64,000 nucleotides of DNA. It comes from an uncultured Candidatus Rokubacteria bacterium (lineage in GTDB: Bacteria > Methylomirabilota > Methylomirabilia > Rokubacteriales > DASRDR01). Location: assembly GCA_963805625.1 (NCBI GenBank), contig CAWDVE010000021.1, forward strand, positions 160,001 through 224,000, given 5' to 3'. The notes beneath the pieces are model-generated. The model saw only the letters and a program-made list of their open reading frames with translations. It was not told where the DNA came from and searched no databases. The position numbers and the translations under genes are program-made. Position 1 is the stretch's first letter; each line of letters opens with the position of its first letter. This document shows positions 63,588 through 64,000 of the stretch, piece after piece.

Positions 63588-64000
63588 TCAGCCCGCGCCG
63601 GATGTCCCGTCCCGAAGGACCCGCTTGTCACCCACCCGGATGGTCAGCCGCTGGGTGTCGAGCCACTCGAGTAGCGGAATCGCGTACTTCCGGGAGATCC
63701 CGAGGAGGTCCTTGATCTCCTGCGGGGTGATGGCCTGATGCTCCCTCAGGAAGGCGAGGACCCGCCCGACGGCTTCCTGGAGGGGCTCGGCGTGGAAGTA
63801 GAGCCCCTCCCGGATCCGCACGAGCCGCCGACCCTCGACCAGGAGCTGGGCCATGGCCTGGGCCGCGGAGCCCGCGAGCCCGAGCTTCGCGAATGCCTCG
63901 TCCAGGGTGGGCGGCGCCACTCCGGCCTCTCGGAACTCGGTCTCGATCCGGTCGGACGCCGCCTGCTGGGCCGGCGTCAGGCGGACCGTGTGCCCGGCCC
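63588..64000 (-). CDS. selB: selenocysteine-specific elongation factor SelB, C-terminal winged-helix part (partial)
   Basis: [25 protein letters not shown]...[11 protein letters not shown] is the SECIS-binding WH4 signature; the frame is open to the window end. Confidence 0.92.
   Translation of the reverse strand, partial: AGHTVRLTPAQQAASDRIETEFREAGVAPPTLDEAFAKLGLAGSAAQAMAQLLVEGRRLVRIREGLYFHAEPLQEAVGRVLAFLREHQAITPQEIKDLLGISRKYAIPLLEWLDTQRLTIRVGDKRVLRDGTSGAG

Overview
High-GC bacterial chromosomal window, almost entirely core and metabolic genes, mostly on the minus strand. Gene order and protein style resemble Candidatus Rokubacteria/Methylomirabilota or a related deltaproteobacteria-like lineage (inference only). 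Contents in coordinate order: hisD(partial)-hisG-murA-prmC-prfA-rpmE-rho-surA-mfd-rex; a split F0 ATP synthase operon (atpZ/I/B/E) whose promoter carries a candidate Rex operator; a divergent module of two cytoplasmic trypsin-like proteases and a pseudo-receiver LuxR regulator; a ~14 kb glycerol/glycerophosphate cluster (AfuA/PgtC-like ABC transporter with an embedded diheme cytochrome c, glpK, GDPD, an unknown lipoprotein, ugpE/A, frameshifted ugpB, glpD, HAD phosphatase); ridA and a stand-alone nuoLMN; a fluoride riboswitch controlling fluC/crcB and two tandem DUF190 genes; ntrC/ntrB-like pair, tsaD, ctpA, envC, ftsX/E, gatBAC, pcrA, glmS (near-perfect sigma-54 promoter and a nested upstream hairpin), glmU, yvcK/glmR, rluD, lspA, ileS; two GT-C-like membrane proteins, tatA and the 3' end of selB. 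I found no tRNA, rRNA, CRISPR array or mobile element. Most long ORFs in the supplied track are antisense or off-frame shadows of real genes. Several 1-bp frame anomalies could be assembly errors. All calls come from reading motifs by eye; no database search was run.
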